Assembly: GCA_002869165.1 (NCBI GenBank)
Contig: PKTK01000008.1
Coordinates: forward strand, 9,616 to 73,615
Length of the DNA stretch: 64,000 nt
Source of the DNA: Candidatus Parcubacteria bacterium
Lineage (GTDB): Bacteria > Patescibacteriota > Patescibacteriia > Patescibacteriales > UBA12075
Direction of reading: 5' to 3'
Positions within the stretch are counted from its first letter, which is position 1, and the number at the start of each line of letters is the position of its first letter. Shown one piece after another: positions 1 to 11,000 of this stretch. The position numbers and the translations under genes are program-made. The notes beneath the pieces are model-generated. The model did no database searches. It was not told the DNA's origin and saw nothing but the letters and a program-made list of their open reading frames with translations.

Positions 1-99
1 TCCAAAACAACAACTTCAGAGTCATTATTGTTCAAAAAAAGGAAAAATAAAATAATTATTACAACTATAGCTAATATTATTAACAGAAATTTATAAGAC

Positions 100-120
100 G
101 TAATTTGTAATTTGTAATTC
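100..120. repeat. 7-nt periodic A/T tract (gene-sense GAATTACAAATTACAAATTAC), 12 nt 3' of the permease stop codon
   Basis: Read directly: gtaatttgtaatttgtaattc. Related AATTACAA-type tracts follow two other stop codons (59349-59383, 60793-60819). Confidence 0.5.
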
Positions 121-131
121 ATATTTCCTTA

Positions 132-1349
132 TTAACCTCTAATAGCATCCAACGGATTTAAAGAACCTGCACGACTTGAAGGAAAAAGGCCTGTTAAGTA
201 TCCCATGACCATAGAAAAGAAAGCAATAAATAACAAAAAACCAATTGGAAAACGAAAAAGACTCATAGCTGCTCCGCCCATTTTAGTTGCTAAAAGACCA
301 AGTAAAAAATTTACCGACAATCCACCCCCAACTCCAATCACTATTCCCACCAAACCACCCAAAGAACCCATAATAACTGATTCAGTTAAAAACATAACTT
401 TAATTTTCGCAGGAGATCCACCAATAGTTCTCATAATACCAATTTCTTTAGTGCGCTCAAGCAAAGTAACTGTCATGGTATTAAACATGCCAATGGCAGA
501 TACGACTAAAGCAATTCCACCAAAAATCGCCAAAGTAACCTGGATACCTGTAAAAATTTTATTAGCCTGATCCACTGTTTTTGACAAAGCAGTGACTAAA
601 AATCCTTGATTGATTATTTCTTCCTCAGCTGAATCCAAAAAATCCTTGTTAACCACCTTAACTCTGGCTTTTTCATAATAAGGTATAGCAAACTTGCTTT
701 CAAATTCTTGGATATTCATGTAGGCAAACAAAGAAGTTTCATCCTCAATAACGCCAATAATTTTATAATCCTTATTCATAGGAAGCTCTTGTACATCTTC
801 ACTATCACCGTCAATCGGAATAAACACCTTGAAACTAACTTTTTGTCCTAAAACATCAGTATAAGACCCATCCTCTGATATTAGATTAAATAACTTCAAA
901 ACTGCCGAGGATAAAACCACAGAATCTCTATCATTTTCCCTAAACAAATCCCCTTCTTTTACAATAATACCAGCGTAATTAAAATATTTGGACTCAGCCC
1001 CATTCAAAGTGATGCTACTGGTCAAATCTCCATAACTAACTAACGAAGGAAAACTAGCCATAGCGGAAACATCCTCAACATTTTCAATATTATTAAAATT
1101 ATTAATTGCTTGCTCATCTATTACAATCACCCTGGAAGGAGGAGTTAAAACATTTAGAGAAAGCATAGCATCACCAAACACGATTTGCTCAAGCAAAACC
1201 CCTTGAAGACCGTAACCCAAGCCCACCAAAACCACCACTGCCGCAATACCAACACCGATACCTAGTATTGTTAACCAGGTACGAGCAGGCCGGGTCCTAA
1301 ACATCCTCGTGGCCAACTTCATATTATCTTGTATACGCATCATTGCCAT
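132..1349 (-). CDS. ABC transporter permease, FtsX/MacB type
   Basis: 405-aa ORF. N-terminal TM helix (WLTILGIGVGIAAVVVLVGLG), a large extracytoplasmic loop, and a C-terminal FtsX-type TM bundle with the ERTKEIGIMRTIGGS motif. SD-like AGAGGA lies 5 nt before the ATG. Same strand as the ABC ATPase and downstream of it. Confidence 0.8.
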   Translation of the reverse strand: MAMMRIQDNMKLATRMFRTRPARTWLTILGIGVGIAAVVVLVGLGYGLQGVLLEQIVFGDAMLSLNVLTPPSRVIVIDEQAINNFNNIENVEDVSAMASFPSLVSYGDLTSSITLNGAESKYFNYAGIIVKEGDLFRENDRDSVVLSSAVLKLFNLISEDGSYTDVLGQKVSFKVFIPIDGDSEDVQELPMNKDYKIIGVIEDETSLFAYMNIQEFESKFAIPYYEKARVKVVNKDFLDSAEEEIINQGFLVTALSKTVDQANKIFTGIQVTLAIFGGIALVVSAIGMFNTMTVTLLERTKEIGIMRTIGGSPAKIKVMFLTESVIMGSLGGLVGIVIGVGGGLSVNFLLGLLATKMGGAAMSLFRFPIGFLLFIAFFSMVMGYLTGLFPSSRAGSLNPLDAIRG

Positions 1350-1390
1350 AAATTTCCTCTTGTTTTCATTTTTTGTTATTCAATATTTAG

Positions 1391-1408
1391 TGTACATTAA
1401 AATGTACA
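1391..1408. promoter_or_regulatory. 18-bp perfect palindrome TGTACATTAAAATGTACA (candidate operator) overlapping a minus-strand TATAAT
   Basis: Read directly. 8-bp arms with a 2-nt centre, 42 nt upstream of the permease ATG. Minus-strand TATAAT at 1408-1413. Confidence 0.3.
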
Positions 1409-1426
1409 TTATAATATATACGCTTT

Positions 1427-1623
1427 CTTCAATTTCCAATTTCTAATTTTCAATTTCTAAAAAACTGTTAACTTCTCTTTTGTCATTCCCGGACGAAGCG
1501 AAGCGTAGTGGAAGGGAATCTCGTCAAGCATAATATTCACAAGATCCCCTTCCCTCGCTTACGCTCGCCGGGGATGACAAAAATGGAGCATTATTATTAA
1601 AAATTATAAATTGAAAATTGAAG
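1427..1623. repeat. Composite palindromic intergenic element: 7-nt-periodic outer arms bracketing a TGTCATTCCCGG...CCGGGGATGACA hairpin (1481-1579)
   Basis: Outer arms: cttcaatttccaatttctaattttcaatttct (1427-1458) against the reverse complement of aaattataaattgaaaattgaag (1601-1623). Inner imperfect ~40-nt inverted arms at 1481-1521 and 1542-1579. Same terminal motif as the element at 61983-62120. Confidence 0.7.
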
Positions 1624-1634
1624 CAATAGCGACC

Positions 1635-2960
1635 TTAGTGTCCGTGTAATTTTGTTTCATTGCCTTGAATAATAATATTCTCAAAATAAAAAGTCATTTG
1701 TCTGGCTGGTTTTGGACTAAAACCAACTCCACCTTCCTCAATTGGTGTACCTAAACTATCTTCAAATTCTTCTTTTCTAATAAGTCCGGCCATTCTATTA
1801 TACACTAATTCCTTAAGTCTTCTTTTTTGCGTTAAATTAAGTTCTCCCCTATGCTCCTCTATTAAATATTTTGTTAATCTATCAATAAGACGCTTCTCTT
1901 TGGAAAAAAAGTTATTAGCTGTAAATCTTCTTCTAAATCTTCTAGTGTCTTCAGCTTGGTGAAGAATCTTTTCTACTTTTTCGCTCATTACAGCTGCCAA
2001 ATTTGAACTCAAGCCAACTCCACCTTGTCTATATTCTCGAGAAAGACTCTTGGCAAATTCTTCTCTACTCATTTTCCTTTCAATTATCAGTCTTAAAAAA
2101 TCTTCTAAGCGAACCAATTGGTCAAAACTCATATCCTGAGTTAAATAATTGACCAAACTTTTTACTTTCAAAGTAACCGGGTTATCATATGGCCAAAGTT
2201 TGGATAATTGATCCATTTCAGTTACCAAGATTTTTTGTTTATCAATTTTGGCAATTTGTTTCTTATCAGGGTTTGGTACGGTTCTTTGCAATTTACCATC
2301 CCCCATATAAAATACCCGATGAGCATAGCTTAATTGAGCTGCGTTGTGAGTAATGATAATAACTGTTTTCTTGTCAACCATATTGATCTCTTCGAGAGCA
2401 TCCATAACTTGCTTGGTTGAAACTGAGTCAAGGTTACCAGTTGGCTCATCAGCCAATAGAATATCTGGATTATTTACCATTGCCCGAGATACAGACACAC
2501 GCTGATACTGTCCACCAGAAAGATTGTCTGGATATTTTTCAGAATGAATATCCATTTCAAATCTTTTTAAAATTTGCTTGCCCCATGGTTTACGTTTTCC
2601 TGGTGGTACACCGTGAAAAGTTTGAGTCAAAACCACATTATCAATCACAGAAATTGAATTAATAAGAAAAAAAGCCTGATAGATAATACCGATCGTGTTG
2701 GTTTGAAAATTCACCATTTCTTCTGGAGAAAAAGAATAAGGATTCTCGCCTTTCACATAAAGTTCACACCCCGAAGGAGGTAAAATCCCTAGAATAGAGT
2801 AAAACATGGTTGATTTACCACATCCAGAAGGACCAAAAAAGGCCACAAACTCACCAGGAAATATCTCCATTGAGACCCCCCTGGTAGCTTTAAACTCATT
2901 TACCTTTCCTAGATTATAGGTAATTTCCAAATCTTTAAGTTGTATTATTGGTTCTGGCAC
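1635..2960 (-). CDS. ABC transporter ATP-binding protein (MacB/LolD-like) with a ~210-aa C-terminal extension
   Basis: Walker A GPSGCGKST, signature LSGGQYQRVSVSRA, Walker B ILLADEPTGNLD, H-loop ITHN. The C-terminal half is not ABC-like and contains a duplicated EEF..SL....GGVG(L/F)S motif. Confidence 0.9.
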   Translation of the reverse strand: MPEPIIQLKDLEITYNLGKVNEFKATRGVSMEIFPGEFVAFFGPSGCGKSTMFYSILGILPPSGCELYVKGENPYSFSPEEMVNFQTNTIGIIYQAFFLINSISVIDNVVLTQTFHGVPPGKRKPWGKQILKRFEMDIHSEKYPDNLSGGQYQRVSVSRAMVNNPDILLADEPTGNLDSVSTKQVMDALEEINMVDKKTVIIITHNAAQLSYAHRVFYMGDGKLQRTVPNPDKKQIAKIDKQKILVTEMDQLSKLWPYDNPVTLKVKSLVNYLTQDMSFDQLVRLEDFLRLIIERKMSREEFAKSLSREYRQGGVGLSSNLAAVMSEKVEKILHQAEDTRRFRRRFTANNFFSKEKRLIDRLTKYLIEEHRGELNLTQKRRLKELVYNRMAGLIRKEEFEDSLGTPIEEGGVGFSPKPARQMTFYFENIIIQGNETKLHGH

Positions 2961-3017
2961 TGTTTAAAATTTAAAAATAAAAATGCAAAAATCAAAATGA
3001 CATATAAAAATGTAAAA

Positions 3018-3389
3018 TTATTTTTTATTTTTAAGTGTCAAAATGCTACTTGCTATGATATTTGCAATTTCAATTATTTCTTTTAAATTATTATCAATTA
3101 ATATTTTATTATTTTGATTTATTTCTTTTACTAACGCTAACCAGTACTTTGTTTCATTTGCGCTTTTCAAGGCTATTTCAAAATATTTTATATAATCTCT
3201 TTTTGAATGACTTGATTTTGCCTCCACAACATTTGCGCCAATTGAAGTGGACGATCTTATCAATTGATCAATGACGCTATAAAATACTTTTTCATCTCTT
3301 AATTTATCTGCCAATCTTATATTTTATATACTAAAACTAATCAAACGTGCAATAAATTCTTTTTTTAATTTTTCCTTGTCATTTTGCAT
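3018..3389 (-). pseudogene. Four-helix-bundle protein (23S rRNA intervening-sequence protein / Avd-like family) interrupted by an in-frame TAA
   Basis: The track ORF 3018-3314 starts at a TTG. The same frame continues upstream as MQNDKEKLKKEFIARLISFSI-TAA(3324-3326)-NIRLADKL... The joined length of 123 codons and the motifs QLIRSSTSIGANVVEA and ALKSANETKYWL fit the family. Confidence 0.7.
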
Positions 3390-3415
3390 TTTAATTTTTT
3401 ATATTTGATTTCTGA

Positions 3416-5032
3416 CTATATTCCCATCTTCTTAACCCAGCCGAAGCTTGATTCAAAATTCTTTAAAATTATATCAATAATTGATTCTTCTTGAGTTGGG
3501 GTAAGCATGGTGAAATCTTCTGATTTAGCCTGATTTTCTGCTTCATCTTCACATACAATCCAAAACTTATATACGGTTGATGGAATAAAGTTAGTAACTA
3601 CTTGAACGTGCTTAGTGGCCATGTCTTCTTCTTTTGTTAAACTTAAAGGTTCGTCATTTGAAAATAAGCCCTGCTGATAAAAAAACTGGCACAAGGCTGG
3701 CTCATCGGTTGACCAGGAGGCAATAGTTTGGATTTTATTATCCGAACCAGGATAAATCGTTGACTCAGTGCTTACCTTGGAAATCACCGGCGCATATTCA
3801 TCCCTGGTAGTGATAAAAGTGATTGGATCAGACTCGGCCTTTTCTCCATCCTCTGATTCCACTGAAATCATAGCAGAATAATAAGTATCAAAAATAAGGT
3901 TATCTAACTTCATAGAATGAACTGTGATAAAACTGGAATTACCTTCCAATTTCGTATCATTGTTGTTTAAATTGGTATACTCAATAATTGACGAACAGGG
4001 CACATTAGTAGACCACCTAATGGTTGCTGACTCCTCTTCTACTTTAGAAATTTGCAGATTATAAATTTCTGGTTTAACTGACTTAGTTTTAAAAGTCTTG
4101 TCTTCAGAATATCCCTTGAGTCCAATTTCTGACTCAGAAGATACTTGAAAATGGTAAACAGTTGACGGGTCTAGTCCATTTATTTCTACAATGTGCTCAA
4201 GTACATATTCATCCGGTTCACCTTCGTTCCAAACATAAGGATCATCACTATTTGCATCAAAATCATCATCAGAAACAAGTGACACCATAGAATTTGACTC
4301 TTTGTCAGTCATCCAAGTGATAATTGCATAATCTGTACCAACTTCTACATCAGCATAGTCAAGAATAATAGTAGGTGGAGCAACTACTTCTTCTGCTTTT
4401 TGTTGGACTTCTTCTACTATTTCCTCCAACACTTCTTCAACCTGCTCAGCTGAACCTTGTTGCGTTATCTGTTCAATAAACTCCATTACTTGATCAAGTG
4501 ACATAGTTTGTTCAACCACAGCATCTTTATCCCCTGACTCTCCCTCTTCAGCCACGTCTTCACTTAAGCCATCTTTTCCTTCATCGAGAACATCCTGTTT
4601 TTTGCCATCAAAATCTTCCTCTTCAGGAGTACGAAAACTATAGTCATTGGAAATGCCCTGATTACCCTCTTCATCAGATGAGGTCACCCGAAAATAATAA
4701 TCCATACCAGGTAACAGATCCTCAAGTAAAATCATATGCTCAAGTTTATCAAATCTAGGTTCTCTTAAAATGCCATAATTTTTATCAAGACCATAGTTTA
4801 TCAATGAATCAGCTAACTCATCTGTCTCCCAGGTAATATATGTAGAGGTAGCAGACACTTCTCCAATTTTAATATTGTAAAGCTGAGGAGGTGTAACATC
4901 ATCCTCTTCTTCTTGAGCATTCAAAGCGGTAATAGGTTCATAACCAATCACAAAAAGCCCGACAAAAAAGACGGTTAGCAATACAAATGTAAAAATTACC
5001 ATATTAAGGTAAAATTCGAAACCTAGTCGCAT
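3416..5032 (-). CDS. Membrane-anchored protein with four fibronectin-type-III-like repeats
   Basis: N-terminal TM helix (MVIFTFVLLTVFFVGLFVIGY). Four ~90-aa units share W.T(D/N)...H...L..L.P.T.Y.F.V.S.D. An acidic linker separates units 1 and 2. TAG stop. Lies directly downstream of the giant gene on the same strand. Confidence 0.7.
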   Translation of the reverse strand: MRLGFEFYLNMVIFTFVLLTVFFVGLFVIGYEPITALNAQEEEDDVTPPQLYNIKIGEVSATSTYITWETDELADSLINYGLDKNYGILREPRFDKLEHMILLEDLLPGMDYYFRVTSSDEEGNQGISNDYSFRTPEEEDFDGKKQDVLDEGKDGLSEDVAEEGESGDKDAVVEQTMSLDQVMEFIEQITQQGSAEQVEEVLEEIVEEVQQKAEEVVAPPTIILDYADVEVGTDYAIITWMTDKESNSMVSLVSDDDFDANSDDPYVWNEGEPDEYVLEHIVEINGLDPSTVYHFQVSSESEIGLKGYSEDKTFKTKSVKPEIYNLQISKVEEESATIRWSTNVPCSSIIEYTNLNNNDTKLEGNSSFITVHSMKLDNLIFDTYYSAMISVESEDGEKAESDPITFITTRDEYAPVISKVSTESTIYPGSDNKIQTIASWSTDEPALCQFFYQQGLFSNDEPLSLTKEEDMATKHVQVVTNFIPSTVYKFWIVCEDEAENQAKSEDFTMLTPTQEESIIDIILKNFESSFGWVKKMGI

Positions 5033-5099
5033 GAGGATTTACTATTTGAGATTTTATTATTTGTTTATTATTATAACACAAAATACTTTCTTTTGGCTA

Positions 5100-8000
5100 C
5101 TACCAACCATCACCATCTAAAATAACTGTAAAAGTATTATATCCATTGTATGTTGTAGCATCGGCACCAAAAGGTATTTCCATTCCCCAATATATCTCAT
5201 CTGAAGTTGTGGCTATACTAGTTGGTTTAGGGGCAATGATATCCACATTTACCCCACCTATCGTCAAATCCGTACCAGAATTATAGGTAAAGACCGAGGT
5301 GTTCCACTCAATATTATTAACAGTAATGGTATAGCCTGGACTATCCATATCCGTACCTGAAAGATTGGTATCAATTGGTGAATTTCCTGCATTAACTATT
5401 GTTGTGGTTGCATTATAATTCTCTGTATTTTCCCCAGCAAACATCTCACTGCCAAAATCTATTAAGTCTTCAAAAACATCCAAGGCAATATTTGTTTCCA
5501 CATCTACCTGATTAGATGTTGTGGCTGGAAAATTAGTTCCATAACTCAATTGCATATAGCCCTCCCAATATAATGAAGGATTATTTGAAAAAGAATCGGT
5601 CGGATTAATAAAATATCTAACGGTTGTTGTACAGATTACAGAAGCAGTTGAATCAGATGCATCAATACAATCATTTATACTACAATTATCAGTAGTTATT
5701 TGATAACAGGTATTATCATCTGGACTGCAGGAATGAGAACCGACTGCATTGGATATATACACTGAAGATACAGCGCTCGTAATATCTGTACATCCATTAA
5801 AATCCTGGACAGATCCATTGCTAACACTCACCACCTTATCAGACATTCCTCTAATATTGGGCTGAATGTTGGTTCCTCCATTCAAGACCAAGCTACCAAA
5901 TACAGGACTTACATTATTTATACTGTAAGAACTGGACAAGGAATTGTTACTAGCTGCTAAGCCATGATTATCAAATAAATAAGCATAATAAGTATTTGCT
6001 CCTGCAGGTGTCGGGGCTACGTCATCATAATCACATTTAGCATTTGGGGAACTGGTAGCGATTGCTGAACAAACCGTATCATCAACACCACCAGTACAAC
6101 CAGCAAAATTAGCGCTATCCGTATAACAAACATAAAGATAAAGGGTGTTAGTAGCATAAAAAGTATCTGTATCAGAGGATACGGTTGAAATAGTAAATCT
6201 ACTTCCAGGGTCTTGATTGTTAATCAAAGTGGAAACACTAGTAAAACTTGGTCGATGATTTATCACAAATGGAGAATCATTATAAATATTTCCCTCTCCT
6301 TGAGACATTGGCGAACATTGAGAAACACCAAAACCTGGTAACTTATCACAGGCAAAAGCATACCAAGGATTTTCTTCAGTTGCCGCGTTAGCAGTATATG
6401 AACAGCTTGCTTCGGTTGATGGTGTGGTAGAATCAGATATACACCAAGAGCCTCCATTGCAGGTTGGAGCTGTGTTATTACCTGGACTAATACTATTTGT
6501 CTGACAGACTGCCAAATAATAATCATTTCCATCATCATCTTGAGCTGTAGCGGTAAAAGTAATCTGAGAATCCTCATTGGTTGGCGAAGTTGAAGCTGAT
6601 CCACCATCTGAAGGATATACATTGAAATACGGAGCTGAATTATTACTTCCTGTGATAGTTAAAGCCGGATACAAACTATATTCATTTAGCAAAGTTCCTG
6701 AATCAGTTACTCTAAAACAATATGTTTCAGCGGCAATTGCGCTGTTTGTCACATAAAACATATACTCGATTTCCGTATAGAATCCTTCTGATAAGGTAAT
6801 ATCATCACTACTATTTGAAGTCTCCTCTACCATATCACCAGCTGTAAAACTGTAAGTCTCTGAATTATTCAACTGGGCAGTGGTAGGATCCCAATCGGCA
6901 AAATATGAACTTGTTGCCATTTCAAAATGTTCCGTAGTGGCTGTATTGGGCAAAGCAGTCCAAGCACCAAAGTCAGCCACACAAGCATCAGAACTGGTAG
7001 CATACTCTAATCTATAATTATAATTTGTTGCATCTCCACCACCAGTATTGGCAATCTCTATACGCATCCTAGTTGAACTTCCTCTTCCCAGAGCGTTGCC
7101 AGCAGTAGGATTACCAATATCTTCTAACTCTCTCCATGTAGCAGTAGTTTCTGTTCCATCATCTTCTCGCCATCTAAAGTGAATTTGCTCAGTATAAGGA
7201 ATAGGAGCAGAGAAATTAATATCAATATAATCGCTACGCAATGTATAAGAGCCTGTATCTTGATATACTCGCCAATAAATCCAATTACTAGCATCATAGT
7301 ACTCACTTAAATTAGAATTAACTTCTCCATAAAGATCAAAATCCGTGTTAGCTAAAACAGAAAATTCTGTATCAAGAGTCACCCAATCATTAGTTGAACC
7401 AAACCGATAAACTTGCAAAAATATATTTTTGGAAACAGTTGAAGTTGATGACTGTCCATTCCAGGTTGTACTAGCAGCATCAGTATTGTTTACATGTTTA
7501 GTAGCAAACACATATGCTCCATACCCTGAATCAACAATAAGCTCATCTCGATTTGTATCATCATCACTATTTATATCAGCATATCCTTCTGGATCAAAGT
7601 AATAACTTAGATCATCTTCTGAACTTGCTAAGCTTAATGTAGATTCTTTGGAATACCTTATAATATCACTTGAAATAGTGGAAATACTAGGATAAATTGT
7701 ATATTCATCAAAAAATCTATTATCTGTCTCATTATATAATCTCAATCTATAAGTCTTCCCTGTTAATGAATTACTTGTCTCTATAGCAAAGACAAATTCA
7801 GTGTAATAATTTTTTGGTAAAGAATAGGTTGTTGTTTGATAAACACCTTGATAAAAAGCTCCATCCTGCCAAGTATGCGTATTTGCAGATGCTTTAAAGC
7901 CAGTAATTGTATCTCCACTATCTCCTGACAATGCCCCAGAATAGCTTATTTCAGTGGCTGCTCCTACATCAGTCCAAACGCCAGGACTGTCGGTTTGGTT

Positions 8001-11000
8001 TTCAAATTGCAATTTATAAACTTTATCTATAGCGGAGTCTCCGCCAGTATTTTCTAATTGAATTCTAGCATTAATTCTCTCGCCAATATAGACATCACTC
8101 AAAGCTGTATCAGGAGAAGCTTCGGTAGAATTATCATTCACTGTTGCTCCATCATCGTTTTCAAGTAAAAATGATACTTGATCAAGGTAAGCTGGATTGT
8201 GTGTTGTAGTAGCAATTTCAACAGTTGCACTAGCTTTATTGCCTGCCAAATCATAAGCCCAAATATTGAACACATATTGAGTGGAGGAAGAAAGTCCAGA
8301 TACCTGCGTATCAATGGCTGTAGCATAATTTTGAGAACCTAAATTAACATCTATATGCTCGGTATCAAATTCAGTAACTCCTGAAGTACCTTCTTTGTAA
8401 AAAATCTTGTATGTATCAAAATTATCTTCCGTACTCTGCCCTCCAAAAACTAGATACAATGATTCAGAACTTACATTACTAACACTTAGGTTGCCAGGAG
8501 GAGTTGGCGGAGTAGTATCAACCTTAAAATTTGGTCCGCTTATGTTATACTTCACCCAGACAGAACAGGCTGACTCATCATCACAAGCAATCGTTTGCCA
8601 TTTATAACCAATTGAAGAATTTGAAATACCACTAATTGTAGCGGTAGCGGTAAAAGATTCGTAGCTAAAATCACCAGAACTTGAGGCTATAAACCAGATC
8701 TTGGAACTACAAGCAGAAAAATCTTCAGTAATATCACAACTTGAACTTAAACCATCAGTAGTGGTGGCAAAAGTATCAATATTAGCAATTAATTGCACAT
8801 ATAGAGAGACCTCTTCACTATTATCATAATCAATTGTTGAAGCCACTAAATTAACTGTGTCTTCATTCGTCCACTCACCATTACTAATTGTTGTAGACGC
8901 ATCTGTTTTATACTGCTCTAAACTGTAAGGAGGATTTGGAGATGAATTATATTTAGCAAAGGCATAACTAGCGTTCCTGTCATCTGCATCTTGAACTGTA
9001 TTGTTGGAAGCTAGTTCCAACCAAGCTTGATTACCTGAACTATAAAACTGATCATTGCCACCATCCCAAAATACTGCTGAAAAATCAACATCATCGTTTT
9101 GGTAAAGAGTTAACATCTCATCAATGTTAGGATCTTTATAAAACTTGGTCCTGGTCCAATTGTTCGCATCTGAACCTGGTACAGTAGAGGTTGAGGCATC
9201 TAAAGTATCTGTACTAGCTGTAAGTTTTAAATATACTGGTTGAGTATTGTTTGTATCAGCCCAGGTAACTACTACTTTGCTACTTTCATAAAATTCAATG
9301 GAAAATGGTTTTTGAGAATCGTTGGTTTCGCTATACAAAAGTGACTTTGATATATTATCTCCATTTGTTAGTGTTGACCAACTTATAGTCGGATTGGTTA
9401 CATCAACTTTATAAACATTCAACTCCCCACCCGTATCTCTACCCGCAAAATAAGCAATTCCCACTTGCCCAGGATCAGCTGCAAATACACCATGAACAAA
9501 ATTACTACCCCAATCATTTGGCGCTGTGGATGGAGAGCTTACCTGTCCACCATAATTTATTGAACTAGAATCACAAATAAAATATTTTGCATAAGTATAA
9601 CTATTGCTGTTGCTATTAGAAAAACTAATAGCTCCCCTAGTATTATTGCTAGTATCAAAGAAGGCTTGACCAACATAATTATCTAAGTCTTCTTCCTGAG
9701 AAGAGTGTTGAGTCCAGTTTGTCCAATTATCTACATAAGATGAACCACCAATATAATAAGAGCTACCTACATCAGAATCCTCATCAAAAGTAAGCAGTAA
9801 ATAATTGTCAGTACCTGGTCGATGCTCTAATTCACATCCATTCATTACTGCACCTGGGTCTGGGCCAGCTCCCTCGCTTGTCCAAGCATCAATCGGATTC
9901 CAGGAATGCACTCTAGTCCCGCTTGTACCATTATTGTTTTTAATCACTACAAACTCTCCGTCAGACAAATAGGCAATACAAGCAGTTAGCAATTGATTGT
10001 TATCAGTTGATGCATAAGAAGTATCTAGCTGAGTTGAGTCAACAAAATCATTAGCTGCAAAACGATAAACAGTTCCCCACCATTCTTGATTGGTGCCATC
10101 CCAGGTCTTAAAAACAATACCTACTTTTCCACCATCATTACTACGCAAGGCTTTAATATGTCTAATATTATCACCAGCTGCTGTTATATTACCACTTGAT
10201 TGTTCAGTTCCCCAGCTACTTCCTGTCCAAACTCGATAATAGATCGCACTGTCATTTTTGGTATAGAACATAGCTCCAGGTGTTGAAACTGCTGCATTAG
10301 TAGAGGCCGTAGACTGGGTTGAACTAGCCTTATTATCTACAACATCATAAGCCCAAATATTAAAATAATAAGTGGTTACCGGATCAAGCCCATAAACAGT
10401 AATTGTATTAGCGCTATTATAATCCTGATAATAAAGATTATTATCTGTACTTGAGCTTATTTCAATATCAGATTCACTTACTGAAGCCCCGCTTGTATTA
10501 TAAAAAATCTTATATTCCTTAAAATTATCTTCCGTAGAAGCTAAACCATATTGCAAGGTGATTGTATTGGATGTTTGAGAATACTCAAGCAATTGACCAG
10601 GAGGGCTTGGAGCGGTTGTGTCAATTTTAAAGTTAGGCGTAACGATATTAAAAGCATCCCAAGCGGAACAATCAGAATCATCATCACAGGCCATAACCTG
10701 CCACTTGTAGCCTTGTCCGTTGCTAGGATTATCAGGAATTGAAACTATCAAACTTGATTCATAATAAGATGTAACCGCATCAGAGCTGGTAATATTTACA
10801 AAATCATTCGCTGCACTTAGGTTGTTATATCTTGTCTTTACCCAGTTCTCTGTTCTGGCGGTACTAGAAATCTCAAATTGGTCGATCAAACCGTTTAAAT
10901 TTTCACCAATAATTAATGGGTCGTTGTTTGCAGTAATAAGGGTTGAATAATCGGCTGTGCCCACCTTAGTTCCATTGATAAATATCTTCATTTCTTCTGT

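Noticed and set aside
1-25. Possible start of a minus-strand gene (ATG at 23-25 reading MTLKLLFW...) running off the left edge
   Set aside because: Only 8 codons are visible, which is too short to support a call.
205-570. 121-aa plus-strand ORF antisense to the FtsX permease
   Set aside because: Pro/Lys-rich mirror translation of a well-supported gene. No motifs.
3018-5032. Diversity-generating retroelement around the Avd-like four-helix-bundle gene
   Set aside because: No reverse-transcriptase ORF in the window, no template/variable repeat pair noticed, and the neighbouring FN3 protein lacks a C-type-lectin-like C-terminus.
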